64,000 nucleotides of DNA, taken from the human T2T-CHM13v2.0 reference genome, Homo sapiens. The DNA lies in NCBI RefSeq assembly GCF_009914755.1, contig NC_060929.1; one strand, written 5' to 3'. This document shows, piece by piece, positions 37,061 through 63,842 of this stretch. The first letter of the stretch is position 1; the number at the start of each line of letters is the position of its first letter. The translations under genes were made by a program, and so were the position numbers. The notes beneath the pieces were generated by a model, which was given only the letters and a program-made list of their open reading frames with translations, searched no databases and was not told the origin of the DNA.

Positions 37061-38367
37061 TTAGGAAAGACACAGAAAAACCATTTATGTTATAGAGCTT
37101 CATTACTCAGCAGTTGAATTTGCTTAACTTTTAAAATAATTGTTTCTTTCTTATTTTGAAATTTTCCATCCTATAAATAAATTAAAAGGATAGTACAATG
37201 AGCCAGGAGTGGTGGTTCCTGCCAGTAATTCTGCACTTTGGGAGTCCAAGGCAGGAAGATCACTTGAGGCCAGAAGTTTGAGAACAGCCTGGGAAACACA
37301 GCGAGACCCCATCTCTAGAAGAGATTTTAAAAATTAGCTGGGTATGGTGGCATGCACCTGTAGTCGTAGCTACTTGGGAGGCTGTGGTGGGAGAATCACT
37401 TGAGCCCAGGAGTTTGAGGTGGTAGTGAGCTGTGATCGTGCCACCACATTCCAGGCTGGGCAACAGACTGAGACCCTATTTTAAATAATAATACAAAATA
37501 ACGAAAAGAGTATAATTGACTTGTTTGTGACACCAAGGATAAATGCTTGAGGTAATGGATACCCCATTTAACTTGAGGTAATTATTACACATTGTATGCT
37601 GGTATCAAAATGACCCCTGTACCTCATAAATATATACAGCTACTAAGTACCCACACAAATTAAAAATTAAAAAAAAATGATAGTACAATGAATAGCTGCA
37701 TATCCTTAACTTTTGTTTAGCAGTTTGCATATTTTGCCACTTTTTCTTAATCTCTCTATATATTTACGTATTTGTTTCTGGCTGAATAATTGGAAAGTAT
37801 TAGTAATTGCGAACATCGTGACACTTAAGCAGCATAAGGACATTGTTCTATTACAACTACCATAGCATTATCATACCCCATTGAAACTAAAATATAACTA
37901 GTTGATATAACTGGCCTCTCAAAGTGCTGGGATTACAGGCGTGAGCCACTGCGCCCAGCTGCATAGTCATATTTTAGTTTCAATTATATTTTAGTTATAT
38001 TAACTAATTAGTTACATTAACTAATTAGTTATATAATTAAGTTAACTTTCCAGAGAAACTTGACACTAATCTAGCAATATATTGTCCCTATTCAGATTTC
38101 CTCATTTGCCTCAAAAATGTATTCAAAGTTGTTTCCTCCACCCCTGTCCAAGATCCAGTCAGGGTTTACACATTTAATTTGATGGCTATGTCCCAGTGGA
38201 ATTTGCTTTAGATAAGTTTATAGTGCTGTTATTTATAGGGCTGTAGTGATGTTGAAGAAAGTGAACACATAGAAACTAAATACGGTTAGTATTTTTGTAT
38301 ATATCAGGAATACCAGTAATGCTCTTTTATAAATCTATTTTCTTTCACATCTTGTCTCATTTGTTAG

Positions 38368-38517
38368 ACACGCTCTTTACTCAGGGAATATAGCACATCT
38401 ATAGCTACGAGAGGTGTGATGCATTCCAACAAAGCCCGAGGATATGCTCATTGCCAAGGAGGAGGATCAAGTTTTCGACCCTTGCACAAACCTCAGTGGT
38501 TTCTAATAAATAAAAAG
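38368..38517 (+). CDS. RAD17: RAD17 coding exon (TRSLLREYSTSIATRGVMHSN...FRPLHKPQWFLINKK)
   Basis: AG/GT bounded, 150 nt, phase 0-0. Confidence 0.94.
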
Positions 38518-38672
38518 GTAAAAAAAAAAAAAAAAAATTCTGTACTTTCAATATGTGAACTTTATGGTACGTGAATTATAACTCAAAGCAGTTATTTTCT
38601 TTAAAACATAACAAAGGAAAAAATATTTCATTTTTAATAAAATAGTTGCTAAGGTCCACAATTAGATTCTGA

Positions 38673-39084
<412 letters not shown>

Positions 39085-39087
39085 TGA

Positions 39088-39332
<245 letters not shown>

Positions 39333-39452
39333 TGAACTCCTGACCTTAAGTGATCTGCCCGCCTTGGCCTCTCAAAGTGCTGGGATTACAGGCATGAGCC
39401 ACTGTGCCCAGCTGCATAGTTATATTTCAGTTTCAATTAAAAACAAACTTTA

Positions 39453-39605
<153 letters not shown>

Positions 39606-39901
39606 CTAGTTCAACCTGAGAATGCTGATTGGAAAATAGAAATCCCTAGTATATAAAATTTCAGTTAGGCAGGAGGAATAAGTTTTTTTTGTTTTTGGTT
39701 TTTGAGACGGAGCCTCGCTGGCCAGGAGGAATAAGTTTTAAGTTCAAGAGATATGTTGTATAACATGGTGACTATTAACAACAATGTGTCATGTATTTGA
39801 AAATCATGGCCGGGCATGGTGGCTCACGCCTGTAATCCCAGCACTTTGGGAGGCTGAGGCGGGCAGATCACGAGGTCAGGAGATGGAGACCATCCTGGCT
39901 A

Positions 39902-40105
<204 letters not shown>

Positions 40106-40671
40106 TCACTAAAACGGTAGATTTTAAGTGTTCTCACCACACACAAAAAATATATGTATGTAAGGTAATGCATATGTTAATTGGCTCAATTTAGCCATTC
40201 TACCATATATACATATTTCAGAACATCATGTTGTATACCTATAAATACATACAGAGCTTATTTGTCAATTTAAATTAATCAAAGAAAGGAGAAGAAATCT
40301 TGGCCTTGCCTCTGTGTGGACAAGGTATTCACCTAATGTGTTCTTACTCTCCACAGCTAAAAATGTAGATGATTGAATTATTTAGAGGTAAAAAATGGGA
40401 GGCACACAAGTTGAAAACAAAATACACAACAGTTTTCAAAATGAATTGCCAATCTTTAAAAATCAGACTAATGATTAAAAGTCAGATATGAATTTCGGCT
40501 GGGCGCTGTGACTCACACCTGTAATCCCAGCACTTTTGGGAGGCTGAGGCGGGCAGAACACAAGGTCAGGAGTTCGAGACCAGCCTGACTAACATGGTGA
40601 AACCCCATCGCTACTAAAAATACAAAAGTTTGCCAGGTGTGGTGGTGCGCTCCTGTAATCCCAGCTACTCA

Positions 40672-40809
<138 letters not shown>

Positions 40810-41104
40810 CTAGCTTCAGAATTTCTGGAATCTCCTGGTTAAAAAAAAAAAAAAAAAAAAAAGAGGCCAGGTGCAGTGGCTCACACCTGTAATCCGAGCA
40901 CTTTGGAAAGCTGAGGTGGAAGGATCACTAGAGCCCAGGAGTTTGAGACCTGCCTGGGCAATATGGTGAAACCCCATCTGTATAAAAAAAATAATAATAA
41001 AAAAATTAGCTGGGTGTGGTGGCAAACACCAGGAATTTGAGACCAGCAATATAGTGAGATCCCATATCTACAGGAAAAAGGAAAAATTTTTTTTGTTTTT
41101 CCTA

Positions 41105-41353
<249 letters not shown>

Positions 41354-41983
41354 TCACTTATATTGCCTGCTTGACTTCTGTAATATCTGAATTCGTGACC
41401 CCTGGACTGGGTCGTCTCTGAGATGTCTTCCAGTTCTAAAATCATACAGCTGAAAATTACCCTATAATTTATTACCTAGGACATTTTTTCCAACAGATTT
41501 CTTGGAGAATTTAATGACTTTTAAGCAATTTATATCTCATTGACTTGCTTTGTTTTTTATAGCATATATATTAATTTTGCATTGTTGCTGCATATAAATT
41601 ATCTAAGACTGTTAGCTTCTTGAAGGCAGGGATTGTGCTTTTCTCTTGCTCAGCATAACGTTGTGTTGACTAAAGAAAACAAATTATTTCATTGAAAACT
41701 ATTTTCGTGTAATTTATGATGTGTGTGTGCTCATAAACAATTCCTTTGAGTTTTAAATTTGGTTTTCTTATACATTCAATGTCTTTTAAAAATTGTTGTT
41801 TATTAAATGTGGAATAGTTGTGTAGGTAAAATACTTTATTAAACGATGCTAAAAAAACTATAAAGGACTACTTAAATAAGCTATTAAAAGTATATTTGTG
41901 ATATATAAACCCACAAGTTAATATAAACTTATTGTGTAAGTTTATATAATAAACTTAGTTTGTCTAGGAATACATATTTTTAA

Positions 41984-42406
<423 letters not shown>

Positions 42407-42633
42407 TAGCCAGGATGGTCTCGATCTCCTGACCTTGTGATCTGCCTGCCTCGGCCCCCCAGAGTGCTGGGATTACAGGTGTGAGCCACCGCACGCGGCC
42501 AGAAGTAGGGTTTTATAGCAATATCTTTTTGTGGGCCAATTTATTGCTATATGCAGTGAGATACTTTTTTTCCTTTTATTTTTTGATCCAGATAATTCTG
42601 GATCCTTTATGTTTTTTTTTTTAAAACGCATCA

Positions 42634-42975
<342 letters not shown>

Positions 42976-43676
42976 TTATGCCTGTAATCCCAGCACTTTG
43001 GGAGGCCAGGGCTGGGAAACCCCATTTCTACTAAAAATACAAAAAATTAGCCAGGCGTGGTGGCACGCGTCTGTAATCCCAGCCACTCGGGAGGCTGAGG
43101 CAGGAGAACCTTCAACCCCGGAGGCGGAGGTTGCAGTGAGCCAAGATCAGGCCATTGCACTCCAGCCTGGGCGACAGAGCAAGACTGTCTCAGAAAAAAG
43201 AAAAAAGTTTCTAAAGTAAAAATTGAAAGTACTTCCCCTACAACCACAGGTTGCTTTGACAGATTAATGTAAATTCTTCCAGATACTCTTCTGTGGATGT
43301 AGAAACATGCAGAATGAGGCAAGCTTTAATTTGCTTATGTCACTTACTGTGGATAGCCTTTCATATCTTATAAGTTAATGTCAGAGCAGCAATCTCATTT
43401 TTTTCCAATTTGTAAACATTTTATTTAACCTTATGATGGATATTTTGGTGGATTTCAGTATTACAAAAATGCCTATTAATAGTATATTTTCATTATATTT
43501 CTGTTACGAAATTATAATGCTACAAACATTACTATGCCTGTGGCAGTATACATCTGCACAAGTTTTGAAAATGTTATGCATTCATAGGCAAAAATGGGAT
43601 AACTTTTGGGCAGTGGTCATGATTAATCTGTTGATCAGAATCCAGAGATTGCCCTTCTCCTTGCCAATTGCTTTAA

Positions 43677-43784
<108 letters not shown>

Positions 43785-43786
43785 TA

Positions 43787-44320
<534 letters not shown>

Positions 44321-44482
44321 TGAGCCACCGCGCCCGGCCACTGGTTTTTAAACTTTATTTTGAAATTATTTCAGGCTGGGCGCAGTGGTTCACGCCTGTA
44401 ATCCCAACACTTTGGGAGGCCGAGGCGGGCGGATCACGAGGTCAGGAGATCAAGACCATCCTGGCTAACCCCGTCTCTACTA

Positions 44483-44712
<230 letters not shown>

Positions 44713-46214
44713 TCACTAAGTTTCCTGATTATTACATTTTTTACCATATTTGCCTGATTATATTCTCTCTCTTTATAAGCATGCACATATATGTATTATT
44801 TTGCTAAACTAGTCTTGAGTAAATTGCAGGCATGATATCCCATTATTCTTAAAAACTTAAGTCTGCACTTGCCAAAAACAAGGACATTTTCCTGCATAAC
44901 CACAGTGTGCAATCAAATCAGGAAATTAACATTAATACCGTTTATTTTATAGTCCCCATTCAAATTTTTCCAATTGTCCTAATAATATCCTTTTTTAATT
45001 ATTTTTAATTAATAGAGATGGGATCTCGCTTTGTTGGCCAGGTTGGTCTTGAACTGCTGGCCTCAAGCAATCCTCTTGCCTCAGCCTCCCAAAGGGCTAG
45101 GATTATAGGCACAGGCCACTGCACCCAGCCCTAATAATCTCCTTTGTAAAATGATAACTCCCCATTTCTTGTCCAGAATCCAATGAAAGATAACCTGATG
45201 CATTTAGTGATTTAGTTTCCGTGTGTTTTTAGTCTCCCTTGATCTGGAACAGTTTTGTAGTCTTTCTTTGTCCATGACATTTTAGAGGGATATAGGACAG
45301 TTACTGTACGATCCCTCAATTTGGGTTTGTCTGGTGATTCCTCATTATTGGATTCAGGATATGTATTTTTTTGGCAGAAATACCACAGAAGTGATCTTAA
45401 AAAAAATTGGCAAGGAGAGGAAAGATATCTGGATTCTGACCAACAGATTCATCATGTCCACTGCATAAACGTTATTTTTGCCTATGAATACACAACATTT
45501 TAAACACTTTAAGTATCAGTACTTACAAAAGCTGTAAGATAAAACACTTCATTGTATCAAAGTAGATATTTAGTCTTTAATCCTTTCTTCTGATCACTGA
45601 TAAGGTCAACTCTATCTTTAAAATTTCTGGGCCAGGCATGGCGGCTCATGCCTATAATCCCAGAACTTTGGGCGGCCAAGGTGGGAAGATCGCTTGAGCC
45701 CAGGAGTTTGAGACCAGCCTAGGCAACACGGTGATACCTTGTCTCTACAAAAAAATTTAAAAATTAGCTGGGTGTTGTGGCTTGCACCTGTAGTCCCAGC
45801 TACTCGGGAGGCTGAAGTAAGGGGATCACTTGAGCCCGGGAAGTGAAGGGTGTAGTGAGCTGTGATCACCCCACTGCACTCTAGCCTGTCTAGCTTGGGT
45901 GACAGGGTGAGGATGAGACCCTCTCCAAAAAAATAAAATAAAATTTCTGAGATGTTTTGATAAGTTATATGGTAGATTACTAACATTTTTAATATGACAC
46001 AAATTCTGTTTTCTGTTTTGAAGATTAGCACCACAGACAGGTGATCATTAATGAAATATGGCCCTTAAAATACACATTACAAAAGAGAAACTGATGGTAA
46101 AATTGCTGGTGAAGTTAACTTTTATCATTTCTCCACTAATTAAAAGTTCAGATTCTGGGATCACATCTCTAAGCTGTTCATATCAAAGAGCTATTTTTTA
46201 AAGATCCTGATTAT

Positions 46215-49115
<2,901 letters not shown>

Positions 49116-49409
49116 TGAGTAGCTTGAATTACAGGCGCATACCACCACACCCAGCTAATTTTTGTATTTTTAGTAAAGATGGGGTTTTACTATGTTGGCC
49201 AGTCTGGTCTCAAACTCCTAACCTCAGGTGATCCGCCTGCTTCGGCCTGTGTAGTAGAATTTTTAACAGGTTAAGTATCCAAAGGTCCTCATAGTGTTAG
49301 ATGTGCAAACTTTAAAAGGTTCATAAAAATTAGTAAAAGTAAGATGTTTTCGTTTTTCTTATCAATTTTTATACTGTTTCTTCCGCTTTTATTTACTATG
49401 TCATTTTCA

Positions 49410-52450
<3,041 letters not shown>

Positions 52451-52480
52451 TGTTTACAACTTTTAAAAAATCTGTTTCAG

Positions 52481-52538
52481 CTCAGATTTCTTTTATCCAA
52501 GATATTGGAAGGCTCCCTCTGAAGCGACACTTTGGAAG
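52481..52538 (+). CDS. RAD17: RAD17 penultimate coding exon ([20 protein letters not shown])
   Basis: AG/GT bounded, 58 nt, phase 1-2. Confidence 0.92.
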
Positions 52539-52953
52539 GTAAGCTGATCATCTCAATTTCCAAAAAGCTGATAATGAAATGTCTACTGAATATGTTCAAT
52601 ATGAATCAATAACTGTTACCTGTAACATCCAAGAAAGACATACTGTACCTAGTAATTTATAAACATAATTGTATTGTAGACCCTTCCTTTTCTTAAATAT
52701 AACAGCATATCTTCACCCACTCCCAATGGACTATACCAGATTAAATGGAAGCATGGAATCACAAAGGCAGAGGAATCTTTAAAATCCTCCAACTCAACAA
52801 ATCTAGAAACCCCTTGCCAGCTTTCCTGTTGAGAGATGTTCTTAGCCTATGCTTGAAGACCTGCAGTGACTAGGAACTGCCTCAGAAAGTAGAAGAGTCC
52901 TTCATATTTTCTTATTTTAGAAAATTTAAACAAGCAAAAAATAGATGTCTATC

Positions 52954-52957
<4 letters not shown>

Positions 52958-52991
<34 letters not shown>
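52958..52991. repeat. (TA)17 microsatellite
   Basis: Direct reading. Confidence 0.95.
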
Positions 52992-52992
<1 letters not shown>

Positions 52993-53097
52993 TGTTCATT
53001 TTATTGGAAAGTAGCTTCTGTGCCATTATCAGTGATTAACACAAAACTTATATTTCAGTTTGACTTAGCTTATTTGTAAGATCGAATTAAGCACTTA

Positions 53098-53416
<319 letters not shown>

Positions 53417-53933
53417 TTAAAAAAATCTTGCTTACTGAATGCATGGACAAAAGTAAGTGATAGAAATGGCACCTCTGACTCCTCCTACCTTTTCTCCTAT
53501 TTCTGGTCCCAAATGGAAAACTCCTGTGATGTGAGCTTATTCCCCCTCTTTACCCTCCAAGATTCATTAAGGCCTTTGTAGTGTTAATGTTTTTTTCTGT
53601 ATACTGGCTTAGCTATGTGGGGCCCATCTTTCCTATCGCAGAAAGACCATGATGGATGGATCTTGAAGCATCGTCCCACTGGGATGTGATCAGGGCTTAC
53701 ACATTTCATAAACACTGCTTTTCTTCTCACATCCCTCTGAATGAAAGCAGGACCAAGTCTCTTTGATGGCTTCTCTCCCCAACCCCCTAAGATTATGGCA
53801 TCAAAATAAAGACAAGTATGTTCTATTGTATTTTTGCTCCTGAGATGTATTGAGTTGCTGCAATTTACACAAGGCTAAATTGAATGAGAATCTTCACTAT
53901 TTTATTATTGGTTCAACTACCTACTTGATGTGA

Positions 53934-54155
<222 letters not shown>

Positions 54156-54684
54156 TAGCCAGGATGGTCTTGATCTCCTGACCTCGTGATCCGCCCACTT
54201 CGGCCTCCCAAAGTGCTGGGATTACAGGCGTGAGCCACCACGCCTGGCCACGAGAGGCAGTATTTTCAGTGCTATATATTACAATGACTGGTACTATCTT
54301 TTATTTATGTTGACCATATTTAAAACCATTGTTCATATGTTTAGTATTTAGTATTAAATATTAATACTTAATATTTAATAGGTGTTTAATTTCCTGTAAT
54401 TCAACCTACACGTTATTTTTGCCCATTTAGCTTTTTTTCAGCTTTTACTATCCCAGCCTTATAGATAAGTCATCATGCACTTCAAATACTATTTACTTAG
54501 GGTGAATTCCTACAAATGAAATTGCTGGATCAATAGGTATATACCTTTTGGGGCTTTTCCTCTTTATTGCCAAATTGTTGGCAAGAATATTTTGCCAGTT
54601 TTGTATCCACTTACAGTGTATCAGTATGTTCTTTTCTCCTAACCCTTGCCACCACTGGGTTTTAAAAGTATCTTTGCCAGTTTA

Positions 54685-55038
<354 letters not shown>

Positions 55039-55237
55039 TTAGATTTAACAATTTAGGAACCATTTGTATTTGTTTTATAAGTTGTCCATGTTTGTGCCCA
55101 TTTTTCTATTTCATTTTTTCCTTTTTAATTTGTAAAAATTCTTTACTGAAGGCTGGGTGTGGTGGCTCACACTTGTAATCCCCGCACTTTGGGAGGCGGA
55201 GGCAGATGGATCACCTGAGTTCGGGAGTTCAAGATTA

Positions 55238-55745
<508 letters not shown>

Positions 55746-56022
55746 TGAACTCCTGGCCTCAAGTGATCTGCCTGCCTTGGCCTCCCACAGTGCAGATAGT
55801 ACAGGCATGAGCCACCGTGTTCAGCTCCTTTTTGTATTTTAAGTTGTAGGAACTTATTCAGTTTGTCATTTACCTTGTAGTTTTGTTTTTATAGTTAAAG
55901 GGACTAGCTAAACAGCACAATGTAGGTAAATGAAAGATGGCTTCATAATCATCACACTCATGGTGTAATTTAAAAATCTTCTCCTTTGGTTCTTATTAAT
56001 GCCTGCACTGTGAATCTGACAG

Positions 56023-56284
56023 ATTGAAAATGGAAGCCCTGACTGACAGGGAACATGGAATGATAGACCCTGACAGCGGAGATGAAGCCCAGCTTAATGG
56101 AGGACATTCTGCAGAGGAATCTCTGGGTGAACCCACTCAAGCCACTGTGCCGGAAACCTGGTCTCTTCCTTTGAGTCAGAATAGTGCCAGTGAACTGCCT
56201 GCTAGCCAGCCCCAGCCCTTTTCAGCCCAAGGAGACATGGAAGAAAACATAATAATAGAAGACTACGAGAGTGATGGGACATAG
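56023..56284 (+). CDS. RAD17: RAD17 last coding exon with two SQ motifs (ATR/ATM sites) and acidic tail IIIEDYESDGT*
   Basis: acAG acceptor, phase 2, TAG at 56282-56284; LSQNSASELPASQPQ. Confidence 0.96.
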
Positions 56285-56774
56285 AAGCCAGCCTGCTAAT
56301 CAGATTGCTACTTCACAGCTTCATTTTTGTTTCATTCAGTGGTACTTCAGCAGAGTTAATATGCTTTTCTGATGAATTACACAACAGTTTGTTAATTCTT
56401 CATTCTTGTAGTATTTCATCACAAGAAACCTACTCTTCTGTCATCTTGAAGTAAATAGAAGATCAAGCCTTCAAATCTCTTAATTTTTTCGGTATTTATT
56501 AAATCTGTGAGTGGTTTAAGGAGCGGTCAGTGTGTATAAAGTGTGTTTGAACATTATGCCAAATATCAAGATGTGAAGGACTAATTCAGGATGCAAAAAC
56601 GTTATTGGGGGGTTGTAAATATCAACTATTCAACAGTTTAGGATGCAATTACGAGTGTAAACTGTGTGCCTTATTTACACTTTATTGTCTCCCGCTTCTC
56701 AGATAGTTTTGATGTGTTGTACAGTGGAATATCTTAGATACTTTTTGGAAAGTATTTACATAAGTTATATCACA

Positions 56775-56780
56775 ATTAAA
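56775..56780 (+). terminator. RAD17: RAD17 distal poly(A) signal ATTAAA (a proximal ATTAAA lies at 56498-56503)
   Basis: ATTAAA followed by a T/GT-rich downstream element, about 490 nt after the stop. Confidence 0.65.
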
Positions 56781-56959
56781 ATGTTGAATTTAATTTTGTT
56801 TCTCCTGTCTTTTAACATTATCTAGCACGCACTCTCTGCCATGGGTCCTTAAGCACAGTGCACCAATCTCCCTCCCCCAGTGTCAAACTTTTCAAAAGAT
56901 AGGGAAGAGGATGGCAACGTTGCGATGAGAACTGTAAACTCTTTCCAAAAGAGCCCAGT

Positions 56960-57700
56960 GTGTGGTCATTGCCGCGACGTGCCGGCTGGTGGCACCGAGC
57001 AGCCTGGGCCCAGAGCGGTTGTCGGGCCGACAGATCCGGGCGGGGCAAAGCCGGGCGGGGAAAGCTGGGCTCGTCCCGTCCCGGCCCCGCCCCCACCCCG
57101 GGAGCCCGATACCGGTTTCAGAGTCCTGGGCAGCGTGCGCGCTCTTCCTGGCGGCTGCGCAGGTAAGTGGGACCGGGGTGGGGCCACGTGACCGGGAGAG
57201 GAGGGCCCGGCGGCCCCCGGCCCAGGTGTGCTGCGACGGACGGCTGCCCGCGCTCGGCGCTCAGCCTGCCATAGCCCGCGGGGGAGGCCGGAGCCAGGGA
57301 TCCGGGGAGGCCCGCGTCCCGCCAGGTTTCGCTCTGCGGACGCAGGTGCGGCCGAGCCGCCGTCCTTCCGGGCGCGGGGCGGGGCGCGCACCTCGGGGCG
57401 ATCTCGGTGCTCCTTACCTGGGAGGTCTCCCGGCTTAGTTTCGGCCTCGTTGGGTCGGAATCTCCAAAGACAGTGGGTTTCAGCCAGAAACGCGAAGACG
57501 AACGCCTAGCCGGCGCGGGCAGAACCGAGGACACAATGAGATTTGTGGGACCGGGCGCCCAGAGGCTGGCGCGGGGGAGACCCCACAGCTAAAATGCTCG
57601 GTACCCCCGGGCAGTCGTGGGTTAGTTAGAACCGCAGAGCCTTTCCCGACCCCTCGGAAGCGCAGAAGTATCCGAAATCTACCCGTTTCTTGGGTCCAGC
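56960..57700. promoter_or_regulatory. MARVELD2: MARVELD2 CpG-island promoter
   Basis: CpG-rich; several GGGCGG boxes at 57038-57095; first-exon donor at 57162. Confidence 0.88.
57100..57162 (+). other. MARVELD2: MARVELD2 non-coding exon 1 (start approximate)
   Basis: Consensus donor CAG|GTAAGT just downstream of the GC boxes; another candidate donor CAG|GTAAAC at 57716. Confidence 0.75.
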
Positions 57701-58739
57701 AAAACTTTTAAGCCAGGTAAACCGGTGGTTCTGTTTGTGTAAAGGTGACCAGGCATGATTCCTGTGACACTTTGCTGGGGCAGCCATTTCTCCTGCCATT
57801 GCCGCGGCTTTCCAAGATGAGTGTCCAAGAGTGGAGTAAGGGTCCGGGGCCTGAGCAGGACAAAGACACACGCTGCCGCGACCTGCGGGACCAGAACGAA
57901 CTCTCAGTGACATCTTGAAAGACATTAGGGGTATCCAGATATTTAAGATGTAATGAAATACAGCTAACCATTCCCTTCTAAAAATCACATTATCTTGCTT
58001 TTCCACAACTCTTTAATAATTGCTTGTTTTTTCTTTAAAAATGGATAGGGTGGTTTGATTCAAATAAGCCACTTCACAGGTGAAGAGTTAAATCCATTAC
58101 AGTGAATCGTATTTTTACCAGTGAGTTGAATTAAGCATAGCGTATCCTGTAAATGCTGTGTAAAACTTGCTAAAATCATTTGTTGTGCTTTTGCTTCTAC
58201 ATTTCTTAGGAATGTGTTTCAAAAACTAGAGTCGTAATAGCATTTCTAGAACTTACACTTTTTTAGAGAAAGAAAGAGAAAGGTACAAAAATAACTGATT
58301 GTTATAATATACAGAGCCGCTTTGCATTGGGCACCCTGCTGGGGCCATCACAGTTAATCCTCTAAGGTCGGAGTGCCCTATTAGAAGACCCTGGGTTTCC
58401 ACCGCATTCCCTTGTCTCCAGTCTGTACATACCCTGTGTGCCTTGCTTGCCCTCTTAACGTCTCTACCTGGATTTTTAACGCATCTGAAACACTCTTCAG
58501 TCTGCTGCTCCCCAAGGCTAAGCTGGAGGGGTGGAGAATGAGGTATAGATAGATAAAATGATCAGATGTCTGGGGTTTACTTCAGAGGACTCTATTGGCA
58601 GAGGAAATAGTATGGGGAGTATAAATGAAACAAGTTTGGCCATAAATCGATAAGTGTAGAAGCTGGATGTGGGTACACAAGGGTTCATAATGCTATTCTT
58701 TCTACTTTTTATTATGTTTGAAAAATTCTATAATAAAAA

Positions 58740-59430
58740 TTTTAAATACCTGTCTAGCATTTGACCTCTTCTCAAGATCTCAGTGATCCATTGGATTATT
58801 TCAATGGCCTAGCCAGTCTTCCTGTTTTACCTCTTGCCTTCTGGAGTGTACTCTCAACACAGCATCCATAGTGATACTGTTAAAACAAGTCAAGTCATGT
58901 CACTCCTCTATTCAGAATCCTCCAGTGGCTTCTCATTTCACTCCTAGCAAAAGACAAAGTCCTTTCTTTCCAGTGGTTTTCAAGGCCCTACATGATTCAG
59001 ATGGCCTCAGTTCTACTATTCACCTTCTTACCCACTTTGCTGCTGCCACAGTAGCTTCCATGCCTAAATATTTCTTGAACATACCAGGCACTCCTGCTTC
59101 AGGGCATTTGCGCTAGCTATTCCATCTGCCTGAACACTTGTCCCTGATAATGGCCTGGCTTCCTCCTTCACCTTCAGTTCTATACTCAGATATCCCTTTC
59201 TCTGTGAAGATTTCCCTGCCCACTCGGTTTAAGATGGTAACATCCTGTCCCCATTGCAGTCTTTACCCCCTTTCTCAACTTTGTTCTTTAGCATACTGTA
59301 TATTTCATTTATCTATCATCTGTCAATCTGCCCGGCACTCCCCCGGTTAAAGCATCATGAAGGCAAGGATTTCAGTCTGGTTTGTCCACCAGTATACTTT
59401 CAGCATGCCTGGTGCAAGGCAGGTTAAATG
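58740..59430 (+). mobile_element. L2 LINE fragment
   Basis: aagtcatgtcactcctct..cctccagtggcttctcatttcact..aaggccctacatga..agggcatttgc. Confidence 0.65.
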
Positions 59431-59512
59431 AAGGGTCTTCGTTTTCCAAAGTAAAATAAAATAAAGCCTTAGGAATTTCCAAATTGTTCAACAGTATAAA
59501 GATGGGGTTATC

Positions 59513-63842
<4,330 letters not shown>

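Noticed and set aside
53645-53700. Possible C/D-box snoRNA (ATGATGG ... GTGA)
   Set aside because: Both boxes are imperfect and there is no convincing terminal stem.
56818-58006. Arg/Gly/Pro-rich ORFs over the MARVELD2 island
   Set aside because: Expected in CpG islands; no recognisable domain.
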